A stretch of DNA of 62,959 nt, filler included, from Piptocephalis cylindrospora (lineage: Eukaryota): assembly GCA_003614145.1 (NCBI GenBank). It is 12 parts of 12 records of this genome, joined end to end, with 100 filler letters (N's around TTAATTAATTAA, not from the genome) between each part and the next. Parts side by side here need not be neighbours in the genome. Positions count along the whole stretch, not along the records: positions 1 to 5,201 come from KZ988421.1; positions 5,302 to 10,500 come from KZ988422.1; positions 10,601 to 15,795 come from KZ988423.1; 9 more parts are not named here. One strand, written 5' to 3'. The translations under genes and the position numbers were made by a program. The notes under the pieces are model-generated. The model had not been told where the DNA came from and did not search any database. It saw nothing but the letters and a program-made list of their open reading frames with translations. Below, one piece after another: positions 1 through 11,893 of the stretch (position 1 is the stretch's first letter; the number at the start of each line of letters is the position of its first letter).

Positions 1-289
1 GCTACTGGATTGCTTAAAGACAAGATCTGTTGCTGGTTTTAAATAAAGCTCATAGGGCACCTTCTCTCTATTCTCCCCTTTCCCCTCATCCTTCCCTCTT
101 CGTTTACTATCCCTATTGATCTCACTAATCATTGCACCTTATTTCTTGGTTCTTCTTTTCCTGGCTCTCAACGAACCTTTACTGACAACCATTTTCTATC
201 CACCACTTTCCGCGCCTCATCATCCCTACCCATTTTACATTATTCCATCCCACCTCCATTTATCTATTCTTCTTCGCCTACTATTGACT

Positions 290-1126
290 ATGAAGCTATC
301 CACCAATATTATATGTAACCTTATCATTCTGGGAGTCCTCAGCTCCTTTTCTCCTACAACTTCAGCTGGCCCCAGTACATATGATCTGGAAATCACTCGT
401 GCACCCAGTCACCAAAGTCGACTATCTCAATCTTGGATCGTGTTGACTAAAGATGGCAGCTTTCATCTTTAGTGAATATTCTGATTTTTCAAAGGAGCAA
501 AAAACCTTGAGACCCAATGGCCATGAAGATAAAGAGGTTGTTGCCAAGAAAGCTATGAAGAGCTCCTGGACTTTGAAACTCTGGCCCTCTAAGGCTAAGG
601 CAAAATCCCTCAAAATGTCTGAGAAACCATTAAAGGAGGCAGCAAGCTGACATTGGATATGACGAAAATGTCGAAGAAAGAGACAATTAACTCGCTCCTC
701 GAGCACTCCGAGATCACCGATTATTGGCTCTTACCAGAAGCGGCTTCACAAGGTTAGAGAGGGTCAAAATCGGCTCAAGGACTTCCTCACATTGTGGACT
801 AAGCGTGCTAAAAAAAACCTTTGGCTGACAGCTGGAAATTTGCCGACGCGACATCCGGGATCGTTCTGGAACGGGCCCCTGCAAGGAATTTACCGTCCAC
901 GTATTCTAGAATCTATTTCAGCTGTTTCCACAGTATCCGTCAGAAAATCATGAATGCTGAAAGGTATCGCAATAATCCTCAGATCGCCATCAATATGGGT
1001 CTTCAAGATGTCATCAAACCAGTTGAGAAGTCCCTCAAAACGCAAACTAATGAGGCCTATTCGCTGATCGCTCGTTTTTCTGATGTAAATATGTTTCTGA
1101 GCAAATGGGCCTTGATAGGAACCTAG
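290..1126 (+). pseudogene. Possible decayed secreted-protein gene
   Basis: ATG at 290 opens a signal-peptide-like stretch (MKLSTNIICNLIILGVLSSFSPTTSAG) after a CT-rich leader. Coding-like blocks follow in shifting frames (453-650, 821-1126) with stops and no clear introns. No family recognised. Confidence 0.35.
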
Positions 1127-2085
1127 GGCGGGATCTTGCGGAAGTCTTTCGATCAGTAATATGTCAAATCCAGCAAGTCCTCTATTAAGGTGGACTCTCT
1201 TACTAACTAACTAGTTCATGGTCCTCGATCCTCTTGATGGCAAGGCGGTAGGGATGCTGATCCATGTTAGCACGTCCTAGCACCCCTAGTTTTCAAGTGG
1301 TGATCCTCATCGCGCATTTCTACAATAAGATATCCGGCGTCTCCTGTTTTTTTAGTCCCAATAGAATTACCAAAGCCACTTTTTTAAACATCAACGCCAG
1401 CTCTTTATTCGTTGATATTTCTATATGACGATTTGTTCCACATGCGTCCATATGCCGCATGGTGATGGATCACCTCTACCATCCATGACCATGCTGATAC
1501 CTTAATCCGCCCCGACTACCGCCGGCCGTCTATTTTGAATGCCAACCCTGCAGGGCCGTATGAAGAACGGTCAATGCGGGTCGACGGTTGCGGAGCGGTT
1601 CCGAACGAACAGGTCACGCTCCACCCAAGAGCACCCTGGTGACCATTCCTACCCATGGTATGACGGGAGTAAGATGCGGGCTCAGAGAGGGCTACAATGT
1701 GGACTCTAGCGACACCGAGCGGAGTTTGACCAGTTTAGGCATGTCCGCTAGAGCCCAGTGTAAGACAGTGCCGACGTCATCTGGATCGGCGTGAATAAGT
1801 GCAGGTATGTGGAGACGACACTCTCATCCTCTTGGCGCCCGGGAGGAAGCGGGTGGGGTGAGGCTTGATCAGAGTGGTGGGGCAATGAGATGGGAAGGAC
1901 TTTGAATGGGTGTCTCAAGAAAGGTATAAATTGGGCGGGGGAAAGTAGAGCACCAGGGTCAGGAAAGCAGTGGAGAACCATCTTCTCTCCATACCCCTAT
2001 CCCCCATTCCAATTCCGATATTGTCTTCTTCACCCACTTTTCTCATCCACGCACACATTCTCCTGTTTCAGACCGTTCCTCCAGG

Positions 2086-3069
2086 ATGACCGACGTTCAC
2101 CTTCACCATCCCCAGGACTTGACTATCTTGCAGGCTATCTTGCAATTCATCCTCCCTCGTCTGACGGAGAGGAAGAAGGCACGTCGATCCTCCAAGAACC
2201 ATAGGATCAGCCCTTACCTTTTACTGTTGTCAGGACCCCAGGGGTCAGGGAAATCCACGTTAGTTCGGGAGCTTCGGGCCGATCTGAAGACCCGGGGCCT
2301 TGGGGTAGCGGTGATGTCCCTGGATGATCTATATCTGACGCACGAGGAGCAAAAGGAGCTGACGAGTAAGACAACGAATCCATTGTGGCGAGGCCGTGGA
2401 TTGCCTGGTACGCATGATATGGAGTTAGGAAGGAGAACGCTCCAAGCACTTATGGATGGAAGTACGGTAAGACTACCTCGGTTTGACAAGGCAGCGTACA
2501 ATGGCCAGGGAGACCGGAGCGCAGAGGGGGTACTGGTAGGACAGTGCCCGGTGGATGTGGTCCTTTTCGAAGGGTGGTGCCTTGGGTATGAGTCGATGCA
2601 AGACTCGGAGCTGAAGGCTGCATGGGATCGGGAGTCTCAATCTCTGCCTGCATCCCTCCAGGGTGAAGTGAAGCTCGATGATGTCCGAGAGGTAAATGAG
2701 CAGCTTCGAAATGGGATTGAACCATGGTGGGAGATGGCGGATGGGGTAGTGGAGATCCGGTCCCGGGATATTGAAACCATCTACCGTTGGCGGGAGGGAG
2801 CGGAAGCCGATTTACGAACGGTTTCGGGTCATGGCCTGTCGATAGAGGAAGTACGCCGGATGGTGGACCGATTCGCCGTAATATATCAACTGTGGTGGCC
2901 ATGGATGCGGGCCAGGGAGAAGAAGGCTTTTGAACAGACGGAAACGGCCAAAAAGAACAAATCGAGGATGGAATCCAAAGATAGAGTGGTACTGGAGTTG
3001 GATGAGCATCGCCGTATCCTGGATTTCCATCAAGGTCATTGGGGCGGCAAAGCGAAGGAAAATAAATGA
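2086..3069 (+). CDS. TDA10: D-glycerate 3-kinase-like P-loop kinase (Tda10/GLYK family)
   Basis: Walker A GPQGSGKST plus family motifs SLDDLYL, RGLPGTHD, PRFDK and FEGWCLG; intact intronless ORF of 327 aa. Confidence 0.85.
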   Translation: MTDVHLHHPQDLTILQAILQFILPRLTERKKARRSSKNHRISPYLLLLSGPQGSGKSTLVRELRADLKTRGLGVAVMSLDDLYLTHEEQKELTSKTTNPLWRGRGLPGTHDMELGRRTLQALMDGSTVRLPRFDKAAYNGQGDRSAEGVLVGQCPVDVVLFEGWCLGYESMQDSELKAAWDRESQSLPASLQGEVKLDDVREVNEQLRNGIEPWWEMADGVVEIRSRDIETIYRWREGAEADLRTVSGHGLSIEEVRRMVDRFAVIYQLWWPWMRAREKKAFEQTETAKKNKSRMESKDRVVLELDEHRRILDFHQGHWGGKAKENK

Positions 3070-3354
3070 GAGTCATGGTGGCAGTGGTAACCGAGATTGG
3101 CATTGAGTCGGAATGGGGATGAAAGGTGATGGTGATGGGATGAAAGGTAATGGTGATGGGATGGCGATGGTGGTGGAGAGCATGGATGAAAGGGTCAATG
3201 GCCTAGAAAACATTGCACATCTTATAGCATCACATGTATTGTATGTTGAAATGGAAGAGAAAACCGATCATGAAAACGACCATAAAGTCACTCAACAACA
3301 CGAGGTTCTAACTGCACAGCAAAAGCATCTGGACGTGAGGGTGTAGAGAGACCG

Positions 3355-4125
3355 CTATCCGTACATGTTCTTGACTTGGGCCAAGCGATGTCGTTGGAGA
3401 CGTGCTTCCTGGTCAGCCGCACTCTGGGCCCTTTCTTCCTTCAGGAGGTCGGCCTTGCGTCGATTTTGACGTTGCCTCTTGGTCAGGCCATCCTCATCCT
3501 CGGGAGGCGGGCCTTGCCTTTGTCCCGTCACCCTCTCGGGGGTAGATAGGGTTTTGACGGTGGCCCAGCCCCCAGGACCCACTACAGGCCTTTGCTTCCC
3601 TGGGCCCTTTTTTTCCCGCTTAGGCGCGCCTATCCGCATCACTCGAGGGCCCGCATCCTCTTCATCCTCGGATAACATGTCATTCCCTTCCTTGAACTTG
3701 GATGGGGCTGCATTGGATTGAGGTGGAGAGGGCTTTGGGTCGATCTGTGGAGTTGGCCATTCCGAGGGATTGAGGTTGGATCTTGGGATGGTGGGATGAG
3801 CTTTGGCGGTGGGTTGGGTCTTGGTAGTAGCCTGGGGAGGGAGGAGAGCAGCTTGGGGAATGGTTTCCGCATGTTCTTCCTCAGAGCTCTCTTCCTCATC
3901 CATACCCTCTTTCGGAGGCTCCTCCTCCTGTTTGCCCTTCTTCTTCTTCTTCCTGTGCCTTACCCGTTTTCTCTTTGTTGTCTGAGGTGCATCCTCTTGG
4001 GAGATGGTATCGAGGGTAGCGCCTATTTTGGGCCCACCAGGCTTTGACGACTGAGATTTGTGAGTGAATAAATAGAGCGCCAAGACAACGGCACCTGCTA
4101 GGAAGAGTTGTTGCAAGATGGACAT
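3355..4125 (-). CDS. Hypothetical protein with N-terminal membrane anchor and basic, disordered body
   Basis: 256-aa ORF; hydrophobic N-terminus LFLAGAVVLALYLF; K-rich tract; helical C-terminus LTKRQRQNRRK...LQRHR. Confidence 0.6.
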   Translation of the reverse strand: MSILQQLFLAGAVVLALYLFTHKSQSSKPGGPKIGATLDTISQEDAPQTTKRKRVRHRKKKKKGKQEEEPPKEGMDEEESSEEEHAETIPQAALLPPQATTKTQPTAKAHPTIPRSNLNPSEWPTPQIDPKPSPPQSNAAPSKFKEGNDMLSEDEEDAGPRVMRIGAPKREKKGPGKQRPVVGPGGWATVKTLSTPERVTGQRQGPPPEDEDGLTKRQRQNRRKADLLKEERAQSAADQEARLQRHRLAQVKNMYG

Positions 4126-5201
4126 GATGGGGCTTGGGACTGAATGTTAGATGGGGAAAGTGTCAGTATCTACGCCTGCGAAGCGGACTTGCGAGGGATT
4201 GACATGTCTTGAAGAGGATGGGACAATTAAATCCAAGTTGTGGGAGCGAGAGCGGATGCGGACACTCCTCCCACTGCTGCTCAGGACACGTTTTGATTTC
4301 ACATTATAAGAGACTACGATGGAAAACTGGCTATGAGATGAAAGGGTAAACGATTTGGCCTAGGGTAATAACAATCAAAAATGGCAAAGGTCAACAGCCC
4401 TGTCCTGTCTAATTTATTTCCATGGAATCCCCTGCATTTCCCATACGGTCATAAAGAGAGGTGAGTCTTCTTGGTCCCATGGCCCCAGACTAAGTATCCC
4501 CGGTCCATGATAGTTCTGCGCCTTATCCGTTGACGTCTTTTCCTATCAAAAGCCTACCCCCCTTTTTTTCTCTTCAAGGGATGTAGGGGAGGAGGCATGG
4601 ACCGGGCCTTTGATGGTATAGCTCAATGCACCATTGTGTCCCATAGCAACAAGCCAGGTTCGGGGATTGAATTGAGTATTTGCACACTGTGGCTTTATCA
4701 AGGCTCGGCCTGTATGCTCCATGCTTGCGGGATATATTCGAGATATTAAGAGTCAGGCCTATTTGATTTTTCCAATGACGATGCAAATTAAAAAATATCC
4801 AGATACGCCGTCTATGGCCCGGACGTCTCGGAAACGCTGCTGGCTTCTCTTACCCCACTCATGAAATTGTAGCCTTAATTATCATTACTTTATGTCCACG
4901 AGTGTTCGTTCATTCACACAACTTTTGAGAAGAACCAACCTAAAAGCTACCGACCTTCCATATTCGGAGACCAGAATGAGTGGGTCTTTCCCCTTTCTCC
5001 GAACAGTCATGGACCCTTTTATCCTTGAATATCTGGTTGAACGGATGTGCCAAAACCACTTGGGTTTTCCCTCGCACGACAACCCATTTCCGTCTGACTC
5101 CTCCTCCTCTTTCGGATGTCCAGGCACCAATGAGGAACACATGTGTCTTCCTCCTCTCACCCACGAGGAGTCCCTCTTCCTTAGGTGGGGATTGATCCTC
5201 C

Positions 5202-5301
5202 NNNNNNNNNNNNNNNNNNNNNNNNNNNNNNNNNNNNNNNNNNNNTTAATTAATTAANNNNNNNNNNNNNNNNNNNNNNNNNNNNNNNNNNNNNNNNNNN
5301 N
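5202..5301. other. Artificial contig linker
   Basis: 44N + TTAATTAATTAA (stops in all six frames) + 44N. Confidence 0.99.
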
Positions 5302-5319
5302 AGAGCATCACCTACTTAC

Positions 5320-5668
5320 ACAGTTGCTGATGCCTGCATCCGAGAGTCATACTGCATGCGGGACAGGGAGGAGGAACCCATGATGTGCTTGGCCTGGGTT
5401 AAACTGAAGAAGCCCTGTGCCAGGGGGGAGGACGTGGGATGAAAGTGAGTTGTTGGGGTGAGTAGGCAGGGCCAGCGGGACATGCTGTATTCCCAATACT
5501 ATCACAAGCTCTCCTCCTTACCGAATGCATGTGTCTAGAAAGCTCTTGACGGCGGGATCGATAAGCCGAAAGGAGATCCATGTATTCGACAATGGCCGTG
5601 TCCAAGGCATTGCATGTATGCGTCATAGTGGTGGTGAAGGAGGAAGAAGTGGTGGACGTGGAGGACAT
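5320..5668 (-). CDS. VMA22: V-ATPase assembly factor Vma22/CCDC115, 5' part (truncated by contig end)
   Basis: Exon 5668-5522 (…LDTAIVEYMDLLSAYRSRRQELSRHMHS), GTAAGG..CAG intron, exon 5414-5320 GFFSLTQAKHIMGSSSLSRMQYDSRMQASAT, which matches the CCDC115 motif GFFSLAxA…YDxRMQA. Confidence 0.75.
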
Positions 5669-6606
5669 GGTGGCGTAGGTGATGCTCTGCAATGGATACG
5701 GTGGTTGGTAAAAAGGACGACGACAAAAGGAGAAGTGGATGACTGGCAGGATGGCTACGGCAGGGAAAAGGAGGATAAATCTGTAAAGTTGACACTTGAC
5801 CAGATGAGAAGGGTGTGAGTTTGGGATGCTTCACACTGCTCCTTTAAATAGCCAAATGGCCACTCTGTCCATGACCACCTGGACGTTTCCATGCCTCCCC
5901 TCTACCCCCATTGGAAAGTCCGCAACCTGAAAAGATGGATCCAAAGGGGTGAATGACGAGGTATTTTTAAATGAATTATTTCACCAATTATGCTGACCAT
6001 ACTTTCGACTGTGGAGTACAGCTTGGCACCTAGTCCTATCTCCCTATACATCGGGAGATAGGGTGGGAGAGCGGAGCTGATGGGGTTGTAGCAAGGAGAC
6101 ACAGGGGAGCAAGAGTATCCTCCCATTCGGGTCACACACTTGCCCCGGAGTAAGTCCATGCCCCCGCCCCCTTGAGAGGCTCTCCTCTGACCAAGAGAAC
6201 AGCAGCTTGAGCATCTTAGCAAGAATGAGCTACAGAAGCATGGATCAGAATGATGATGCGATTGAGGATCAAGAGTAAAATGATCCATAGGCTCTTGGAC
6301 TACTGAAAAGCGCTCATCTGCCCTCATATGGATATCAGATGGGAGGGGAGGAGGAAGGAGGGGGGGGGGATCAAGGGGATTTTTGCCCAGGATCCGAGCA
6401 ACAATCTGGTCTATTACTACTACGAAGCGCAATGTCCCTATCTAGGTCACACACTCTAGCTTCGTCTCAGCAGCACTCTTTCTTCCTCTCATCATCCCAT
6501 CGCATCCCTTCTTGATTCAGTCCCACTTCTCAACACCTCCCTTTCTTTCCCCTCTGTAAGACCATTTTCCTGTCATCCCACCCATCGTCTATCCATCCAG
6601 CCCCGT

Positions 6607-8927
6607 ATGGATCCCCTTCAGGACCTTTATGATTCCGAGGAGGTGGAACACTCCTCTTCCTCCTCCTCCCCCTCATCAGCCCGTCCCGACACCACTTCAC
6701 CAAGGCAAGGCGCGGGCGAGGCTTCCCCGGCCCGACTGGAAACCTTTGAGTCCATCATCGTAGATACACCCCGGCTGACCGGACAGGCCCCTGCAGACAT
6801 CGTATCCTTTGAAAAGGGCGAGGAGGAAGAGGAAGAGGAAGAGACGACCATGTCTCCACTAGTCTCCTCCAGCCCGCCTAACCATGCCATCTCTGTCGGG
6901 AAAGATCAGGTAAGTGACTTGAATGATCGATTGCGTCCACGACACCCAACCACTCACCGCTCATCGCTCATCCTATATCCCCCGCCAGTCCTTCCCAGAA
7001 TCTCCGGAGAATCACTCCCTCAACCTTCCCAGTCCATCCACCATGACAGATTCCTTTGCTGACTATAATGACCCCGTGAATTCGAGTTATGATCACGTCA
7101 GCCCCCCTCCCTCCTCCCCCTCCCCCCCACCTCCCCCGTCTTCTCCTCCCCTCGGCTCCCGTGCCCACTATGCTCATCGGTCCTCACAGCTTCTTCCCTC
7201 GGACACCAATCCCCTCTACGACCCTTCCCTCCATCAGGATGAGCATTCAGTAACAAGGGCCCAAGACATGCATCAAAGAACCACGTCATCCGACTCGGAG
7301 ACCGGGGAGGGGAAGATTCCCTCAGAGGTGGGCGATCGACCCTGGTTTGAAGTGCATGTAGACGAGCCACACAAGGTGGGTGTAGATGGCTTTACAGCCC
7401 ACACGGTCTACCGCGTCACTACCAAGACAAATTCCACGGCCTTTCGTCGACCCACATCGGTGGTGGAACGAAGGTATCGGGATTTTCTCTGGCTCTACAC
7501 TCGTCTCACCGAGGCCAATCCCGGTACCATTGTGCCGCCTTCCCCTGAGAAGCATTTGATCGGTCGTTTTCAGGAAGACTTTATCGAGGCTCGTCGATCC
7601 GCCCTGGAATCCTGCTTGCTTCGCCTCACCACCCATCCCCTTTTGTACGGGGATCCCGACCTTCGTACCTTCCTGGAGGAACCAGGACCCCTCTCCTCCT
7701 CCATTTCCTCTCCTGGAACTTTTCCCTCCGCTTCCTCCACCTCGGATACTTCCTCCCCAGGAGCCTCTTCCTCTTGGTCCGGGGACCGTGGACTCTACGG
7801 GGCTGATGTGCCCAAAAAGAGTTGGGTGGGAACCATGGGTGACGCGGTCGCTAATCTGACTGGTGCACGCTTTACCGAGACGGACGAGGTAAGCCACTTG
7901 CTTTGTGGATAAGAGGGCAGAAGAGGGGGCAGAGCGGACGCACTAACCATGCCCTTGATCCTGGATGAATCAACCCTCCATGTAGTGGTTAAAGGAGCGG
8001 TATACTCGCTTGGAGGTCCTGGAGGCGGAGATGCGTACATTAGCTAGAACCTCTGAGGGGATGGTTCGACAGAGAAAGGGTAAGTGTCTTTTTCTTTCAT
8101 TCCATCCCACCCCATCATATCCTACCCCGCCCCTCTCTGACTCTTCCTATAGAACTAGCCATGGCCCATGAGGACATTGCGACGGCCCTTGCAGCATGTA
8201 CAGAAGATGCTGGCGACCCCAGTGCACGGGAAGCCGCTTTACTAGGTCAAGTAGAGGAGAGAGTAAGGGAGTTACAGGCTCGATTCCACACGACGGAAAT
8301 GACTGGGATTGAAGCCATTCTGGATGAGTATGTTCGACTGATCAAGTCTGCTAAGGTAAGTGTTAAAGGATGAATCAACGCCCAACAACCTCTCTCAATC
8401 TCCACATTCATCCCTCCTCGCAGCTCGCCTATGCAACAAGGGTTAAATTGTGGCAGAGTTGGCAATCCGCTGAAAGGGAGCTTGGGAGGAAGAGGACGGC
8501 TCTGGAAAAGGCTCGAGCACAAACCCCTGCCCGGGTCTCCATGGTCTCTGAGGAGGTGTCTAGGGTAAGTAGGCTTCTTTTTCTTGTTTTTCCATCAAAG
8601 AATGGGGCCAATGTCTTACCCCGTATGTATACACAGTGGAATCGCAGGGCTAACTCCCTTCGGCAAGAATTCACCGAGTCAACGCGGAGATTGCGGGTGG
8701 AGCTGGAGAGGTTTGAGGGGGAGCGGATACGGGATCTCTCCAGAAGCATCACTAGCTACTTACATGCCATGCGAGAACTTCAGAAAGAGGTAAGTCTGGG
8801 CATTGGATGGAGATGAAAGAGTTTACGCCTCTTATCTTTACTCCTGCATGGTTATGGCTAGATGGTCAATGTGTGGTCCTCGTACCTGGAATCCACCGGT
8901 CCATCTGGTGGAGATGTAGAGGGATGA
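6607..8927 (+). CDS. VPS5: Sorting nexin Vps5/SNX1 (PX + BAR)
   Basis: PX motifs VERRYRDFLWL, PGTIVPPSPEK and FIEARRSALE; BAR C-terminus ELERFEGERIRD. Approximate exons: 6607-6909, 6989-7888, 7986-8079, 8153-8355, 8424-8564, 8637-8789, 8862-8927, with GT..AG introns. Confidence 0.88.
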
Positions 8928-9577
8928 TGATATGGATGATGTCGGATCTCGGAGAGGATGAACGAGTGTTCTTTTTCTTCGTGCCTGTTTGTGTTGCTAC
9001 CCTGACACGGGATGATTGGTAGGATAGGATCTCGTCCACCCTTTCGAAATCATCTCGATCATCTTCCCCCTCTGTTAAAATGGGGATTAACGCACCCCCT
9101 CTCTCCAGTCAAAAGCCACAAAAATGACCACAACACATTTGTCCAATTTTCAATTTTCGAATTACCCTTTCCGTAAAATTGTCTATGGTTTTTCACCTCC
9201 GCCTCTCACCACTTTTTTCCTCATTCTGCCCATCTCACACCAGACAAGAACCATGCCCTCTGTGCGAGGCTTCTAGTACTGTGCTTCTCCCTAACTCTAA
9301 CTCACTCATGGACACACACATATAATATGTACACACACACGTATGCACTGGCAGCTGGGAAGAGCAAGCACAGCCTTCAGTAGTGTCAGCTAACTGTGCA
9401 AAGGTTGGCTTGGGTGTGTCGAGCAGCAGCAGGGCAAGGGGGGGGGGGGGGGAAAAAAAAACCCCCAAACCAACCCTTCCCCCCCCCCCAACCATTGCGC
9501 CGCCCCCCCTCCCTCTTTCTTCATCCCCTTCTTTCCTTTTTCCGCGTAACAACAGATCCCCCACGCTTGAGCACATC

Positions 9578-10500
9578 ATGGCTGAACTACTGTAAGTTTC
9601 TTCTCCTCCGTGAGCCTGTCCGCGCGTCCTCTCATCCCCATTTCCTCCCTGGATAGCTCAAAGGATAAGAACCTTAACTGGGGTGCTGGTGTGGATTGGG
9701 CTGACGAGGATGAGATCATCGATTACCAAAAGCCCCAGGAGTACACCACACCCGATGGCCTCAAGGTCTCCGTGCAGTACAAGACCAATGACCAGGGTGA
9801 GACCGTGAAGGTGACCAAGAAGGTGCGTCAGCGACTGGTGCGCGAAAAGGTCAACCATGCCGTGGCCGAGCGCAAAAAGTGGGAGAAATTTGGTGCTGAG
9901 AAGGGTCACCCCCCTGGTCCCGACAAGGACACTACCATTGTCGGCGAGGCCATCTTCCTCAAGCTCATCCTCGGCGGCCGTGCCGTCCAGGAGGAGCCGG
10001 ATGATGATGCTAAGCTGAAGGAGCAGCTCAAGGGCAAGAAGATCCTGTGTCGTATCTGTAAGGGTGGTCATTTCACCACCAAGTGTCCCTTCAAGGATAC
10101 CCTCAAGCCTCTGGATGAATTGGAGGGCTCTCCCAGCTCTGGTGATACCAGTGAGTCGGACGGGATCCTGGACCGAGAGATAGTGAATGACGCGTGGACT
10201 AACCCCTCTACCTCTTTTTTTCTTAGGTGGCGCAGCCGCTTCCGGGGCTCCTGCTTCTGCCGGGCTCCAAAAGCCTTCTTCCACCGGTCGGTATGTCCCT
10301 CCCAGTGCCCGTCTTGCCGCCAGTGGCGAGCAGCGCGAGGGGGATAGGATGGGTAGTCGACCTGAGCGTGGTAAGTGTTTCTCGTTTCTTCCCTATGGTC
10401 ATGGCTGTTATGGGAAAAGAGAGAGAGAAGAGTCTCATCTCATTCAATCCAATCCCATAGATGATTCCAACACGGTTAGGGTCACCAACCTGTCTGAGGA
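9578..10500 (+). CDS. TIF35: Translation initiation factor eIF3 subunit g (3' truncated)
   Basis: DWADE, VAERKKWEKFG, zinc knuckle CRICKGGHFTTKCPFK, YVPPS and RRM start TVRVTNLSE; exons 9578-9591, 9657-10150, 10227-10370, 10461-10500. Confidence 0.93.
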
Positions 10501-10600
10501 NNNNNNNNNNNNNNNNNNNNNNNNNNNNNNNNNNNNNNNNNNNNTTAATTAATTAANNNNNNNNNNNNNNNNNNNNNNNNNNNNNNNNNNNNNNNNNNNN
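10501..10600. other. Artificial contig linker
   Basis: 44N-TTAATTAATTAA-44N. Confidence 0.99.
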
Positions 10601-11161
10601 TCCCTTCTAACCTGCCCAGTCAATCGGACTCCCGGCCCATCATCCCCGGAATCCAAGAGCAAATTGGTCACTGGCGTGTAGAACCGCTTGGGCGTTACCG
10701 TGTACCATGTACGAAGGAAGACAATATCACTCATTAGGATTTTGTCCTCAAAGGTCGCCCTAAAATGCCCCTCAGGCTTCTAATATGGAGTGGGGAAGAG
10801 AGGATGAGCATTATCGGTCGATTATACAATTTCCTCTCCCATGACTTACCGACAAGGCCTTCTTGACTTGACCACGAATCCCAGATACTGTCCGAATCTG
10901 GGCTCCCTCAAACTTGACAATTTCCAGAGCAGAGGTAAACATGTCCCGGATAAACGCAGAGTTCTTATGCACTTTGGTTGGGAACCCAGTCAGCTTGAGC
11001 TTCTTGACAATGTTGGTCGAGTGATCCATCCCAAGAGTCACTCCGGTTGCCCCGATTCGGAAAGAGGCCTGGGTCCCGGACACTGTCTGGATCGCGCAGA
11101 ATCCTGTGTTCACGGGGGTTACTGGGCCGTAAAAAGTAGCCAGACAATGCATGTGTTCCGG
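10601..11161 (-). CDS. BMS1: Ribosome biogenesis GTPase Bms1, internal C-terminal-domain fragment (inverted relative to the terminal part)
   Basis: [41 protein letters not shown], intron 10849-10780, then [25 protein letters not shown]. Confidence 0.9.
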
Positions 11162-11666
11162 GGATGATTGGCAGGGAGTACGATTGACTGGGCAGGTTAG
11201 AAGGGAACGAGGGGACCGGGCACCACAGAAGAAGGACTCGGCGTACAAGAAGGTGGAGAGACAAACGAGAAAATTCAACCCATTGATGATCCCGCGGTCC
11301 CTGCAAGCAGTACTTCCTTTCAAGTCCAAGCCCAAGGTACGAGAGGGACGAAAGAAGACAGGGACGGAGGAACGGGTGAAGGCGGCAGTAGTAGTGGATG
11401 GAAAGGAGCGACAAATCCGCTCGCTCCTCACACAAGTCCAAACATTGAAGAAGGAGAAGATGACCAAGAGGCGGGAGAAGGCGGCAGAGAAACGAGTGGA
11501 GCGAGAAAAGGCAATGGCGCGGGAAGCGGCCAGGTCCGAGAGCCGACAGCGGGAGGAACGTCGAGATTACTTTAAGCAGGAGGACATTTCCGAGAGGAAG
11601 CGTCAAATCGCAGCTCAAGGTGGAGGCAAGAAACGTGCGCGATCCGGGCGAGAGGATAATGATTGA
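11157..11666 (+). CDS. BMS1: Bms1 extreme C-terminus
   Basis: [12 protein letters not shown]…[32 protein letters not shown], the conserved Bms1 tail; stop at 11666. Confidence 0.88.
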   Translation, partial: SGDDWQGVRLTGQVRRERGDRAPQKKDSAYKKVERQTRKFNPLMIPRSLQAVLPFKSKPKVREGRKKTGTEERVKAAVVVDGKERQIRSLLTQVQTLKKEKMTKRREKAAEKRVEREKAMAREAARSESRQREERRDYFKQEDISERKRQIAAQGGGKKRARSGREDND

Positions 11667-11893
11667 ACTGGGGATAGCATATGAGTAAGATGAGGTGTGA
11701 GTTGGGAATGGGTAGGAATAAATATGAAGATAGAAGGAACCACACTATTTTGTGTTTGATTTATAGGCGTCTAAATCCATCATCTTATTTATTACTTGAT
11801 GTATATGTGAGGGTGAAGACCAGCCAGCTTGTCTATCTCAGCAAAATGTCGAGTTTAGCCCGCTTTCAAAGCACTACCTTTGAGATGCACACA

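Noticed and set aside
3116..3176. 21-bp tandem duplication and microsatellites ((AC)n 18552, (GAT)n 25286, (GT)n 42961, (GGT)n 61066)
   Set aside because: Ordinary slippage repeats in UTR or intergenic DNA.
4892..5201. ORF running into the contig end
   Set aside because: No recognisable motif; may be a gene start but is unsupported.
5246..5257. Recurrent TTAATTAATTAA palindrome as a biological motif
   Set aside because: Always centred in 44N flanks; it is a six-frame-stop assembly linker.
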